A DNA stretch of 64,000 nucleotides from NCBI GenBank assembly GCA_963737655.1, contig CAVTTN010000002.1, forward strand, positions 5,408,001-5,472,000. The letters are read 5' to 3'. The notes beneath the pieces are model-generated. The model was not told the origin of the DNA. It saw only the letters and a list, made by a program, of their open reading frames with translations, and searched no databases. This DNA comes from an uncultured Planctomycetota bacterium. Lineage in GTDB: Bacteria; Planctomycetota; Planctomycetia; Isosphaerales; Isosphaeraceae. Positions within the stretch are counted from its first letter, which is position 1. Each line of letters begins with the position of its first letter. Positions 22,401-33,745 of the stretch are shown here, one piece after another. The translations under genes were made by a program, and so were the position numbers.

Positions 22401-23053
22401 ACCGTCTGGCAGACGTGCTCGAAGATCCCGAGGAACCGCGGCAGCCCCTCGGCCGGGGACGGCCTGGCCGCCAGGAGGCCCGCGAGCGTCTGCCCCTTGA
22501 CCAGCTTCATCGAGAAATACGGCCGGCGGTCGGCGAAGGTGCCGAGCTCGTAGATCGGGACGACCCCGGGATGCTGCAACTGGCCGCCGATCTGGGCCTC
22601 CTCGACGAACCGGCGGACGAGCTCGGGGTCGTCGCGGTGCTTCTCCAGGAGGACCTTGACGGCCAGGTCGCGGCCGAGGTCCTCGTCCCGGCCCTTGAGG
22701 ACGGCCCCCATGCCGCCCCGGGCGATCTCGCCGAGGAGCCGGAGCCGCGGAGGCCGGTCCCCCGGCTCGGGCATCTCGGGCGAACTCGGGCGAAAGACCG
22801 GCGGCTCGGCACCCGTGTCGGTGTCGCGGAGGAGGACCCGGGGCACCGGGCCGACCGACGCGGCGAGCACCTCCAGGACCCCCTCCGGGCCCGACCGATC
22901 GATCGTGGTCCCGATCTCCTCGGCTTGCCAGACGGTCGGAGACTCGTCGTCCGGCTCGGGCCCGACCCGGCATCGCGGGCACGGGCCTCCGAGGGAGCTC
23001 GCGGGCCTCGTGGCGCCGCAGGACGGGCAGGGATCGGGCAGGTCGTCGGCCAT
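19469..23053 (-). CDS. Ser/Thr protein kinase with TM segment and TPR repeats
   Basis: N-terminal CPSC..CPRC, IARGGMGAV, HRDLKPSN, DWGLAK, GTPSYMAPE; many TPR-like repeats; YNAAC motif. Start could be 23128. Confidence 0.93.
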   Translation of the reverse strand: MADDLPDPCPSCGATRPASSLGGPCPRCRVGPEPDDESPTVWQAEEIGTTIDRSGPEGVLEVLAASVGPVPRVLLRDTDTGAEPPVFRPSSPEMPEPGDRPPRLRLLGEIARGGMGAVLKGRDEDLGRDLAVKVLLEKHRDDPELVRRFVEEAQIGGQLQHPGVVPIYELGTFADRRPYFSMKLVKGQTLAGLLAARPSPAEGLPRFLGIFEHVCQTVAYAHARGVIHRDLKPSNVMVGAFGEVQVMDWGLAKVLRRGGAEDDVRAGRPAEPETVVATARSSGGADSDQSRAGSAMGTPSYMAPEQARGEVEAIDERADVFALGSILCELLTGRPAFVGRSQGEILRKAARGETADALARLAAGGIDDGLVGLARACLEAEAEDRPRDAGAVSERVAAHLAGVQERLRKAELASVEERARRRMTTVAAAAAVVLIAAGAGGLAWARSQRAGRVERTTRAVDGALADASRLAGEANGERGDPVKWAAALDAARRAEGLLAQGEADEPLRRRVAGRVAELEARRHEVEADRKFLDILEAIRAEAGRAGDLRRTDVAYAAAFRAAGLDIDSVDPSAAGKWVRGRTAPDELIAYLDDWIWARDKASRPEAAWRRLVDAARSADDDPWRDALRAKLAARDETAAAVFHALADDARSLDAQPAASLLLLARQLTNVGDAVRAEAVLRRAWRRFPGDFWVNIGLADVPGQGAGTPQQLYPRATEAVRFLTAAVAIRPDSALARGELGWALIASGDRAGAVAECREAVRLAPDSASTRVWLGYALNVSGDLDGAEAAFREAMLLDQEDAWGPANLAAVLRQKKDPAGALAALRQAIELAPGLARFRLELGDTLREAGDRPGATEAYREATRLQPDYAEAYSKLGFELYESRDPAGAARAYAEAARLEPRYARHHMNLSVNLLQLGDTAGAVAEGARAVELDPGYAHARFILANALTDAGDLAGAAASYREAARIRADFAEAYCNLSRVLRRQGEFAGALLAIREGHKFGTKQPDWPYPSAQWLAQCERFARLADRLPEVLGGRAEPADNAERLDFATMAVETRRFAAAARLEGEALAADPKLAADPRRVHRYNAACAAALAGCGQGKDDPKPDDSARDALRLRALGWLRDDLDSWAKLLESDPKAAATTAQRLRFWRTDPDLAGVRDPEALAKLPEAERADWRNLWDELDRLLKSAEAKSKK

Positions 23054-23471
23054 CGGGGAGGCGCTCCCGGTCGCGAACGCGGGCGGGTCTCGGCTTCGGT
23101 CCCAGGTATTGTTGCCGAAGCCCGCCACGAGGGCGACGGTTTTCCCTCACCCCGGCCGACGGTCCCGCCATCGATCCCCCCTCGGAGCCCGGGTCGGTGC
23201 CCCGGATCGGCCCAGATCGCCCCGGCGGCCGGGTTGCCGATATGAACAGCCCTGGGTTATCCTGGAACCGCTCGCGGAGGCCCGGGACGGCACCTCCCGG
23301 GCCGGACCGCGCCGGTCCGCGCCGACTTCGCCCCACGATGAGGGCAAACGGGCCGCCCCCGACGGGACTCCCGGGATTTCCGGGAGCCGAGACGTCATCT
23401 CGCCCGAAATCAGTCCGGTCGAGACCAGACGGCCGCCTCCCCTCGCCGATGACCGCCCGAGGAACCCCCCG

Positions 23472-26400
23472 ATGGCCCGCCGCCGCCTCTCCCGAGTGCC
23501 TCGCCGCTCGACCGCCCTCCGACCTCGCGCGGAGGCCCTGGAAGATCGCGCCGTCCCGTCGGTCACGATCCAGATCGACTATTCGCACGACTCCTCCGGC
23601 TTCTTCGCCGCGAACCCGGCGGCGAAGGCCGTGTTGCAGGAGGCGGCGCAGATGCTCGGCGCCCCCCTGAACGACGCCCTCTCGGCGATCAGCCCGAACC
23701 CGGGGATCGGCAACACGTGGACGGCCTCCACGTTCGACCCGAGCAACCCCTCGAATACCCTCAGCCTGACCAACCCGAACATCCCGGCGAACACGATCGT
23801 GGTTTATGCGGGGGCTCGAACCTGAAGGCGCTGTTCGGGGATACCGGGCTGGGCGGTCCGGGCGGGTACGGTGCCTCGGGCTCGGCGGCCTGGCTGAGCG
23901 ACGTCGGCGGCCGAGGGCAGGCCGGCGCCCTGGCCTCCCCCGCGACGGATTTCGGCCCGTGGGGCGGCTCGGTCACGTTCGACGACGCCCAGACCAACTG
24001 GAGCTTCGTCGGCACCGGCGGGACGCCCGGCCCCGGCCAGGTCGATTTCCTCCCCGTCGCGATCCACGAGCTCGGCCACGTCCTGGGCATCGGCGACGCC
24101 GGCTCCTGGCCGACCTATGTCGATTCGAAGGATCACCTGTTCACGGGCCCGCATGCCTCCGCGTCCTACGGGTCGGCCGTCCCTCTGTATCCGGGAGGCG
24201 TCGCGGGCGAGCCGACGCCGGACAACCACTGGGCCACCGGCCTCCTCTCGTTCGGACTCACTCCGATCATGGAGATCGACGCCGGCAACGGCGCGACCCG
24301 GCAATTCACGTCGCTGGACTGGGCCGGGCTCGCCGATATCGGCTGGTCGATCGACGCCCCGAGCGTGACCGGCGAGCCGCCGAGCCTGGTGACCGTCGGC
24401 GCCGGGTTCGGGCTGACCGTCGCGATCGAGGACCCCGACGGCCACCTCGACACCACCTTCACCGGCCCCGTCACGCTCTCCCTGGCCAGCAACCCCGCCG
24501 GCGCGACCCTCGGCGGGACGCTCACGATGAACGCGGTCCATGGCCTGGCCACGTTCTCCGGGCTGTCGCTGAACAAGGCCGGCGCCGGGGCGACGATCGC
24601 CGCCTCGGCCGCCGATTTCCCCTCGACGACCACGTCGGCCATCGCCGCGACACCCCTCGGCCAGGCCACGAAGCTCGTCGTGACGACCCCTCCGCCGTCC
24701 AGCGTCCAGGCCGGCTCCGGCTTCGGCCTGACGGCCCAGGCCGAGGACTCGTTCGGCACGCTCGACCCGACCTTCGCGGGAACCGTCTCGCTCGGGCTCG
24801 GCGCGAACCCGGGGAACGACGCGATCGCCGGGACCGTCTCGGCCGTGGCCTCGGGCGGAAAGGCCACGTTCTCCGGGCTCTCGCTGGTGAAGGCGGCCCC
24901 GGGCTACGCGATCTCGGCCTCGGCGACCGGCGGATTGTCGCCCGGTGCGTCCTCGCCGTTCGCGGTGACGCCCGCTCCGGCCTCGTCGCTGGTCGTCTCG
25001 GCCGGGCCGCCGTCGAGCGTCCTCGCCGGCAATGACTTCGCGCTGACGGTCTCGGCCGATGATCCCTTCGGCAACCTCGACACCAACTTCGCCGGGACCG
25101 TCTCGCTCGCCCTGGCGAGCAACCCGGCCGGGGCGACCCTCGGGGGGACGCTCTCCCGGAAGGCCGCCGGAGGGATCGCGAGCTTCCCCGGCCTCACGCT
25201 CGACGCGACCGGCGCCGGCTTCACGATCGGGGCGACCGCGCCGGGCCTGTCCGGGACCACCACGGGGGCCGTGTCGGTCGTCTCGTCGCTCGCCCCGTCG
25301 ATCTCGATCCTGTTCGACGATTCGCACGACACCTCCGGCTTCTTCGCCGCGAACCCGGCGGCCAAGACCGTGCTGGAGGAGGCCGGTCAGATCCTCGGAT
25401 CGCAGCTGCATGACGCTCTCGCCGCGATCGTCCCCTCCGGCGGGAATTCCTGGTCCGTGAGCCTCCTCGACCCGAGCCACCCGACCTCGGGCACGGGCCT
25501 GACGATCGACAACCCGACGATCCCGGCGAACACGATCGTGATCGACGTGGGCGGCTTCACCTCAACCCCGGGCGTCTTTTCCACGTTCTGGGGCTTGCCG
25601 GGTTATTCCTATCAAGGCTCGACCGAGTGGGGCAACCTGATCGCCTCGCGAGGTCAAAGCGGAGCCCTGGCCAGTCCCGCGACCGACTTCGGCCCGTTCG
25701 GGGGCGCGATCGCCTTCGGTTCCGGGACCAACTGGAGCTTCTCCGGGACCGGAGGCACGCCCGGCCCCGGCCAGTATGACTTCTTGACCGCCGCCCTCGA
25801 AGACCTCGGCAACCTCCTCGGGATCGGCACCGCCGCCTCCTGGGCCGCCCAGGTCAACGGCTCTCACCAGCTCACCGGCCCCCACGCCGAGGCCGCGAAT
25901 TCCGGGGCGCCGGTGCCCCTGGCCTCCAGCAACACCTTCTTCGCCTCCGGCCTGCTCTCCAATGGGAACGAGCCGGCGATGGACGGCGCGATCTCGACCG
26001 GGTCGCGGAAGGCGTTCACCTCGCTCGACTGGGCGGCCCTCCAGGACGTCGGCTGGACGATCGACAACCTCGTCGTGACCGCGCAGCCCCCTCCGACGAT
26101 CTCGGCGCCCGGGACCGGATTCGGCCTGACCGTCTCCGCCGAGGACCCCACCGGCCATCTCGACCCGACCTTCCAGGGCACGATCACGCTCGCCCTCGGC
26201 CACAACCCGAGCGGTGCATCGCTCGGCGGGACCGTCTCGGTCAAGGCGATCCACGGCCAGGCGAGCTTCTCGGGATTGACGCTCGATCAGGCCGGGCAAG
26301 GCGTCACGATCCTCGCCGGCAACGCGACCCTCGGCGCGACGGTGACGACGGCCCCGTTCGCCGTGACCTCGCCCAGCGCCGCCACTCATCTCGTCGTCAC

Positions 26401-28990
26401 GTCGCAACCGCCCTCGAGCGTCGCCTCCGGGAGCGGCTTCGGCCTGATGGTCTCGGCCGAGGACGGTTCGAACCACGTCGATCCGAACTACTCGGGCCCG
26501 GTCACGATCGCCCTGGCGAACGACCCGGCGAGCGGCTCTCTCGGAGGGACGCTCACGGCGATGGCCTCTCACGGGGTCGCCACGTTCGCGGGCCTCTCGC
26601 TCGACAAGGCCGCTCCGGGCTACTCGCTCTCCGCAACCGCCGCGGGCCTCGCCTCGGCGACCTCGTCCGCAATCACCGTGACCTCGGCGGCGGCGAGCCA
26701 GCTGGTCGTCACGCTCCAACCCCCGTCAAGCCTCGCCTCCAACGGCAGCTTTGGGCTGACGATCTCCGCCGAGGACGCGGCGGGGAACGTCGATCCCAAC
26801 TTCGTCGGCACCGTCTCCTTGGCCCTGGCGACCGGCCCGACCGGCGCGTCGCTGGGCGGGACGCTCATGGCGATGGCCTCCGCCGGTTCGGCCACGTTCG
26901 CCGGCCTCTCGCTCGACAAGGCCGGGTCCGGCTACTCGCTCCAGGCCACCGCCTCGGGCCTGGCCTCCGCGACGACCGCCTCGTTCGTCGTGACCCCCTC
27001 GCTGGTCGCCTCGCAGGCGCTCCTGTCGGCGATCCCGGCGACGCCCTCCTACGGCGATCCGGTCCACTTCACCGCGACCGTCTCGCCCAGGACCGGCGGA
27101 GGGACGCCGACCGGGACCGTCCAGTTCGCGATCGACGGCTCACCGTTCGGGCCGGCCGAGACGATCGTCGCCGGGGTCGCCACCAGCCCGACCGTCGCCT
27201 CGCTGGCGGCCGGTCCCCACACGATTTCGGCGAGCTATTCCGGCGATCCCGGCTTCTCGGGCTCGAACGCCCTCGACCTCCCGCTGAGCGTCGCCCTCGC
27301 CCCGTTGACGATCACCGCGAACTCCGCGACGAAGGGCTACGGAACGGTCAATCCGGCCTTCTCCGCCTCCTATTCCGGGTTCGTCAACGGCCAGGGACCG
27401 GCCGACCTGACCGGCTCGCCGAGCTTCCAGACCCCGGCCTCCTCCGGCAGTCACGCCGGGGATTATCCCATCAGCGTCTCCGGTTTTTCTTCGAAAAACT
27501 ACGCGATCACGTTCCGATCCGGTACGCTCTCCGTGACTCCGGCCCCTCTGGCGATCGTCGCCGACTCGCAGGCGAAAACCTACGGCGCCGCCAATCCCTC
27601 GCCGACCGAATCGTTCGTCGGCTTCGTGGGCAGCGACTCGGCCGCGAGCCTGGCCTCTCCTCCGATCGTGACGACCCCCGCCACCCCCGCCAGCCACGCC
27701 GGTTCGTACCCGATCGCGGTTTCGGGGGCCTCGTCGAGCGATTACGCCATCACGTATCAGGACTCGACGCTGACGATCACGCCCGCCCCGCTGACGATCT
27801 CGGCCGACTCGAAGAACCGCCCCTACGGCGCCCCCAATCCCCCGCTGACCGCCTCGTATTCCGGGTTCGTCAACGGCGATTCCCCGGCGTCGCTCTCGAC
27901 CCCGGCGACGCTCTCCACCACCGCGACGGCCGCCAGCCACGTGGGTTCCTACCCGATCAGCGTTTCGGGCGGCTCGTCCGGCGATTATTCGATCACGTTC
28001 GCACCCGGCACGCTCCGGATCACGCCCGCCCCATTGACCATCGCCGCCGGCGACTCGACGAAGCCCTACGGGTCGGCCCTCCCGCCCCTCTCGGCGACCT
28101 ATTCGGGCCTCGTCGATGGCGACACCGCGGCGTCGCTCTCGGCCCCGGTCGCCCTCGCCACCTCGGCGACGGCCGCGAGCCACGTCGGGGCCTACCCGAT
28201 CACCGCATCCGGGGCAACATCGGCCGATTATGCGATCACGTTCGCACCCGGGACGCTTCGTGTGACCCCCGCCCCGCTGACGATCTCGGCCGACGCCGCC
28301 TCGGGGGTCTCCGGGTCGGCCCTCCCCGCGCTCGCCGCCTCGTATTTCGGGTTCGTCAACGGCGACGGCCCCGCCTCCCTCGCGACGCCCGCGATCGCCT
28401 CGACCTCGGCCTCGCCCGCCAGCCCCGCCGGCTCGTATCCGATCGAGGTCGGCGGAGCCTCGTCACCCGATTACGTCATCACCTATCAACCCGGCGTCCT
28501 GACCCTCCAGGCCGCGATCACCACGCCCCCCGCGGCCCCTCCTCCGGTGATCGTCTCCGGGCTTCAGGTGACCCGGGCGAAGAAGGCGATTGGAGCGATC
28601 GTCGTCCAGTTCAGCGGCGACGTCAACGCCGCCTCCGCCGGGGCGTTCTCGATCGTCTCGGGCAAGAAGGTCAAAAAGAAAGGGATCGTGTATACCAAGA
28701 ACGTCCCGATCGCCTCCGCCTCGTATGATCCGGCGACCCACCGCCTCTCGCTGAGCCTCAAGAAGGCGGTGCCTGCGACCACGCCGCTCCAGCTCACGAT
28801 CCGCTCCGGGGCCGTGACCGACGCCTCGGGCCGCGCGATCGACGGCAACCGCGACGGCCAGGCCGGAGGCGACTTCGTCGCCCAGTTCGGCGCCGGCGGC
28901 CTCTCCCTCGCCGCGCCGTCCGTCGCCGTCGATGCCCTCCTCGCGAGCGGCCTCCGATCGCATCGGGGAGCGGGATCGGTCCGCCGATGA
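23472..28990 (+). CDS. Large secreted protein: LEPRxLL-type signal, metallopeptidase + pseudo-peptidase, Ig-like and 5 MBG-like repeats; apparent -1 frameshift at ~23810
   Basis: AEALEDRAVP; HELGHVLG at 24065; six ~103-aa Ig-like repeats; five APL.I.A repeats; DGNRDGQAGGDF near end; one added G restores YAGGSNL. Confidence 0.88.
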
Positions 28991-29080
28991 CGCGGAGGGA
29001 CGCAGATAGAAAAATTTTGTGAAATTTTGATTTGATCTGCGTCCCTCCGCGTCATCGGCGGACCGATCCCGCTCCCCGAT
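28962..29080. repeat. Perfect 46-bp inverted repeat with 27-nt AT-rich loop
   Basis: 28962-29007 is the exact reverse complement of 29035-29080; overlaps stop of upstream gene. Confidence 0.9.
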
Positions 29081-29146
29081 CGCACCCGAACTCCGGATCG
29101 GTTAGAATCGGCCCGATCGCCCCGCCCTCCCGAGGTCCATCCCGCC

Positions 29147-31291
29147 ATGAGGACCGCCCTCCTCCTCCTTCTGGTCGCCGCCCCGTCCGATGACGACGTG
29201 GCGTTCTTCGAGGCGAAGGTCCGGCCCGTGCTCGTCCGCCGGTGCGAGAAGTGCCACGGCGAGGCGAAGCAGGAAGGCGCCTTGAGACTCGACCGCCGAT
29301 CGGGCTGGGAGCGCGGAGGCGACTCCGGCCCGGCCATCGTCCCCGGCAAGCCCGACGAGAGCCGGCTCGTCCGGGCCGTCCGCCACGTCGACGCCGACCT
29401 CAAGATGCCTCCCGACGGCAAGATCCCCGACCGAGAGGTCGAGGCCCTGGCCGAGTGGGTCCGCCGAGGCGCGATCGACCCCCGGGACGGCGGCCCCGCC
29501 CGCCTCGGCGCGATGACCGTCGAGGACGCGAGACGCTGGTGGTCGTTCCAGCCCGTGACTCGCCCCGCCGTGCCCTCGACCCGGACGCCCTCGCCGAACC
29601 CGATCGACGCGTTCGTCGCCGCCGCGCTCGAGGCGAAGGGGATGAGCCCCGCCCCTCCGGCCGACAAGCGGACGCTGATCCGTCGCGCCTCCTACGACCT
29701 GACCGGGCTGCCGCCCTCGCCCAGGGACGTCGAGGCGTTCCTCGCCGACGACTCGCCCGACGCCTTCGCGAAGGTCGTCGATCGCCTGCTCGCCTCGCCC
29801 CACTACGGAGAGCGCTGGGGCCGCAAGTGGCTCGACCTCGTCCGCTTCGCCGACACCGCGGGGGAGAACAGCGACCGCCCCCTGCCCCACGCGTGGAAGT
29901 ATCGCAACTGGGTGATCTCGGCGTTCAACCGCGACCTGCCGTATGACGAGTTCGTCCGCGACCAGATCGCCGGCGACCTCCTCGCCGCCGACGGGCCGCC
30001 CGATCAGGCCGCCGACCGGATCGTCGCCACCGGCTTCCTCGCCGTCGCCCGCCGGTTCGGCCACGACGCCGACAAGGATATGTATCTGACCTATGAAGAC
30101 GTGATCGACACGACCACGAAAAGCCTCCTGGGGCTGACCGTGGCGTGTGCGCGGTGCCATTCTCACAAGTACGATGCCATCTCGAATGAAGATTATTACG
30201 CGCTCTACGGGGTGTTCGAGAGCAGCAAGTTCAGCTTCCCCGGATGCGAGCCCAAGCCCCAGCCCCGCGACCTCGTCCCCCTGCCCGGGAAGGACTGGGC
30301 GTACGCGGTGGTCGAGGGGACGCCGAAGAATGCTCGCTTGCAGATCAAGGGCGACCCGGAGAAGCCCGGGGCGGAGGTGCCGCGACGGTGGCTCGAAGCC
30401 CTCGGCGGGGGGACGTTCGACGGGCCCGGGAGCGGCCGGAAGGCCCTGGCCGAGCGGATCGCCGACCCGAAGAACCCGCTGACGGCGCGGGTGATGGCCA
30501 ACCGCGTCTGGCAGGGGCATTTCGGCAAGGGGATCGTCCGCACGCCCAACGATCTCGGCACCCGGGGGCTCCGGCCGACCCACCCCGAATTGCTCGACTG
30601 GCTGGCGTCCGAGCTCGTCGCCTCGGGCTGGCACATCAAGCCGCTCCATCGCCTGATCATGCTCTCCGATGCCTATCAACGAGGGGGCGGGCCGCCCTCC
30701 GAGGCCGACCCCGAAGACCTCCTGTTCGCCCGGTTCGGCCGCCGGCGGCTCGACGCCGAGGAGATCCGCGACAGCCTCCTGATCATGGGGGGCAAGCTCG
30801 ACCGGACGCCCGGGGCCGCCCATCCGTTCCCTCCCGAGGCCTCCTGGGCCTTCACCCAGCACAACCCGTTCTCGGCCGACTACCCGACCGATCGCCGGGC
30901 CGTCTACCGGATGGTCCAGCGCAACCGGAGAGACCCGTTCCTCGCCCTCTTCGACGGCGCCGACCCGAACGCGACGACGCCCGAGAGGGGCGAGACCACC
31001 GTGCCGACCCAGGCCCTGTTCGTCCTGAACGACCCCTTCTTCCACGAGCAGGCCGACCACCTGGCCGACGCCCTGATGGCGACGGCCGAGGCCCCGAAAC
31101 GGGTCGATGCGGCCTTCCGGATCGCCTTCCAGAGGCCCCCCACCGCCGGCGAGCGCTCCCGGGCCGGTCGGTTCCTGGTCGAGTATGCCGCCGCCGTCCC
31201 CCCGGAGACGCCCGGAGGCCGCGACCGGGCCGCGATGGCGGCGTTCGCCCGCGTCCTCCTGGGCAGCAACGAATTCTTCTCTCTCGATTGA
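29147..31291 (+). CDS. Planctomycete cytochrome c / DUF1549-DUF1553 protein
   Basis: [51 protein letters not shown]. Confidence 0.95.
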   Translation: MRTALLLLLVAAPSDDDVAFFEAKVRPVLVRRCEKCHGEAKQEGALRLDRRSGWERGGDSGPAIVPGKPDESRLVRAVRHVDADLKMPPDGKIPDREVEALAEWVRRGAIDPRDGGPARLGAMTVEDARRWWSFQPVTRPAVPSTRTPSPNPIDAFVAAALEAKGMSPAPPADKRTLIRRASYDLTGLPPSPRDVEAFLADDSPDAFAKVVDRLLASPHYGERWGRKWLDLVRFADTAGENSDRPLPHAWKYRNWVISAFNRDLPYDEFVRDQIAGDLLAADGPPDQAADRIVATGFLAVARRFGHDADKDMYLTYEDVIDTTTKSLLGLTVACARCHSHKYDAISNEDYYALYGVFESSKFSFPGCEPKPQPRDLVPLPGKDWAYAVVEGTPKNARLQIKGDPEKPGAEVPRRWLEALGGGTFDGPGSGRKALAERIADPKNPLTARVMANRVWQGHFGKGIVRTPNDLGTRGLRPTHPELLDWLASELVASGWHIKPLHRLIMLSDAYQRGGGPPSEADPEDLLFARFGRRRLDAEEIRDSLLIMGGKLDRTPGAAHPFPPEASWAFTQHNPFSADYPTDRRAVYRMVQRNRRDPFLALFDGADPNATTPERGETTVPTQALFVLNDPFFHEQADHLADALMATAEAPKRVDAAFRIAFQRPPTAGERSRAGRFLVEYAAAVPPETPGGRDRAAMAAFARVLLGSNEFFSLD

Positions 31292-31303
31292 GGATTCGTG
31301 CTC

Positions 31304-32691
31304 ATGTTCCCCTCCCATCGTCGAGGCTTCCTCCGCTCCGCCGTGGCCGGCTCGGCCCTGATGGGCGGGATCGTCCACGAACTGCTCGCCGGGGACGCCG
31401 ACGACCCGCTCGCCCCGCGCCCCCCGCACTTCCCGGGCAGGGCGAAGTCCGTCATCTTCATCTATTTGAGCGGCGGACTCTCTCACGTCGACTCGTTCGA
31501 CCCCAAGCCGAAGCTCGCGGCCGACCACGGCAAGCAGGTCCAGCTCGACCACCCCGAGGCCCGGGGCCGGCCGGGCTACGAGAAGCTGTTCCTGAAGAGG
31601 CCGGGCTGGGAAGGCTCGCCCCGGGGGGAATCCGGCATCGAGGTCACGAGCCTGTTCCCCGAGATCGGCGGGTGCGTCGATGAAATCTCCCTGATCCGTT
31701 CGATGCATACGAGCCACTCGAATCACTATAACGCCACGCTGGGCATGCATACCGGGTCGTTCACGTTCACCCGCCCGAGCCTGGGGGCGTGGGTCAGCTA
31801 CGGGCTGGGGACCGAGAACCGGGACTTGCCGGCGTTCGTGGTCATCGCCCCGCAGGCGCCTTATGCCGGGACGCAGGTCTGGGCGTCGGACTTCCTCCCC
31901 GGGCGCATCAGGGGACTCGCGTCGTCCCCGGCCCCGACCCGGTGCCGAACCTCGTCCCGAAGGTCCGGGAAGATCGCCAGAAGATCGAGCTGGCGGCGCT
32001 CAAGGGTTTCAATGAAGAACATTTGTCCACTCGATCCGATGACCCGCGGCTCTCCGCGAGGATTCGCTCGTTCGAGACGGCGTTCGGGATGCAGATGGCG
32101 ATGCCCGCGGCGTTCGACCTCTCGTCGGAGACCGACGCCACCCTCGGCCTCTACGGGCTGGCGCCAGGGGCGAGCACGGGGTTCGGCTGGCAGTGCCTGG
32201 TGGCCCGGAGGCTGGTCGAGCGGGGCGTGAGGTTCGTCGAGCTGATCGACACCGGCTCCAGCGGCAACTGGGACTCCCACGGCGACATGGCCGACCACGG
32301 CCGGCTGGCGAAGAACGTCGATCGCCCGGTGGCCGGGCTGCTCCGCGACCTGAAGGGCCGGGGGATGCTCGACGAGACGCTCGTGGTCTTCACCTCCGAG
32401 TTCGGCCGGACCCCGTTCAACAACACGGCCGACAACAAGGGCCGGGAACATCACAACTGGGCGTTCAGCTCGTGGCTCGCCGGGGCCGGGGTCAAGCGAG
32501 GCCACGTTCACGGGAGCACGGACGAGCACGGCATCCGCCCCGCCGAAGACCCGGTCCATGTCCACGACTTCCACGCCACCATCCTTCATCTGATGGGCCT
32601 CGACCACACGAAGCTGACGTATCGCCACGCCGGACGGGACTATCGGCTCACCGACGTCCACGGGAACGTCGTGAAGGGCATCCTTTCGTGA
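31304..32691 (+). CDS. DUF1501 family protein, apparent -1 frameshift at ~31902
   Basis: [55 protein letters not shown]; one added G restores LPGAHQGT. Confidence 0.92.
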
Positions 32692-33524
32692 CCGCCTCGC
32701 CGGTCGTGGACGCGCACGTCCACTGCTTCGCCGGGATTTCGGACCCGAGGTTCCCCTACGCCCCGGACGCCCCGTATCGGCCGGGTCCGCCCGCGACTCC
32801 CGAACATTTGCTCGCGTGCATGGACGAGGCGGGCGTCGATTTCGGGATCGTGGCGCACCCCGAGCCCTACGGCGAGGACCACCGCTACCTGGAGCACGTC
32901 CTGGACGTCGGCGGGGGCCGATTGAAGGGCGTGGCGCTCGTCTTCGCCGACCGCCCCGGGGCGCCCGATCGGCTCTCGGCGATCGTGGCGAGTCGGCCGG
33001 ATCGGGTCGTGGCGCTGCGGGTCCACGCCTACGCCCCGGAGCGACTGCCGCCGTTCGGGTCGGCCGAGCTCCGGGATTTGTGGGCGAGGGCCGCCGACCT
33101 CGGGCTCGCCGTCCAGGTCCATTTCGAGCCGAGATACGCCCCGGGGTTCGTGCCGATGATCCGGGAATTCCCGGGGACGACCGTGATCGTCGATCACCTC
33201 GGGCGGCCGATGCAGGGCTCTCCCGAGGAATTCGCGGCCGTCCTCGGGCTGTCGCGATGGCCGAACGTCGTGGTGAAGCTCTCGCAGATCCCCGACCCCG
33301 GCCGCTATCCCCATCGCGACCCCGGGCCGATCGTCCGGGAGATCATCCGGCGGTTCGGCCCCGGTCGGCTGATCGCCGGAGGGGAATTCGTCGCGGGATC
33401 GTCGGGCGGATCGTATCGGCATTCGCTCGAAATCGTGTCCGAGCACCTGTCCGGGCTCCCGGACGCCGACCGCTCGCTGGTCCTCGGCGGGAACGCGGCG
33501 AGGCTGTTCAACCTTGAACCGTGA
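32688..33524 (+). CDS. Amidohydrolase family protein (Amidohydro_2-like)
   Basis: VVDAHVH, IVDHLG, NVVVKLS, FGPGRL, LGGNAARLF; GTGA overlap with upstream stop. Confidence 0.9.
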   Translation: MTASPVVDAHVHCFAGISDPRFPYAPDAPYRPGPPATPEHLLACMDEAGVDFGIVAHPEPYGEDHRYLEHVLDVGGGRLKGVALVFADRPGAPDRLSAIVASRPDRVVALRVHAYAPERLPPFGSAELRDLWARAADLGLAVQVHFEPRYAPGFVPMIREFPGTTVIVDHLGRPMQGSPEEFAAVLGLSRWPNVVVKLSQIPDPGRYPHRDPGPIVREIIRRFGPGRLIAGGEFVAGSSGGSYRHSLEIVSEHLSGLPDADRSLVLGGNAARLFNLEP

Positions 33525-33745
33525 ACGCCTGCAAGAATTTACATTGATTGGCGTATCGGGCCCGCTAACTTTGCCATCCAAAGCGATCCGCTTTGCGAGA
33601 CAAAGCGGATTCGATGCGAGGACGCGAAGGCGTCCGCCGAAACGATGGACGACCGGGCGGGGAGTGTGCCAAACTGAGGGGGGCGGGCCGAGGGCCCGTC
33701 GTCTCTTCGTCCGTGGGTCCGTCTCGTTTCGCCAGGAATTTGGCC

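Noticed and set aside
14215..23150. Shared GAGGG...GGCTTCG motif as ECF promoter upstream of sigma, EF-hand and kinase genes
   Set aside because: Spacing is inconsistent and such words are common at this GC content.
19037..23588. Very long alternative ORFs (1402 aa, 1173 aa; also 7526-10327, 29102-31750, 36479-39514)
   Set aside because: Shadow frames of real high-GC genes; Arg/Gly/Pro-rich with no motifs.
33544..33571. Sigma-70 promoter TTGATT-N16-TAACTT for pheS
   Set aside because: Plausible but too degenerate to support without TSS data.
33657..33672. Sigma-54-like motif TTGGCAC-ACTCC-CCGC on minus strand
   Set aside because: Lacks TT at -14/-15 and points antisense into the amidohydrolase with no gene to drive.
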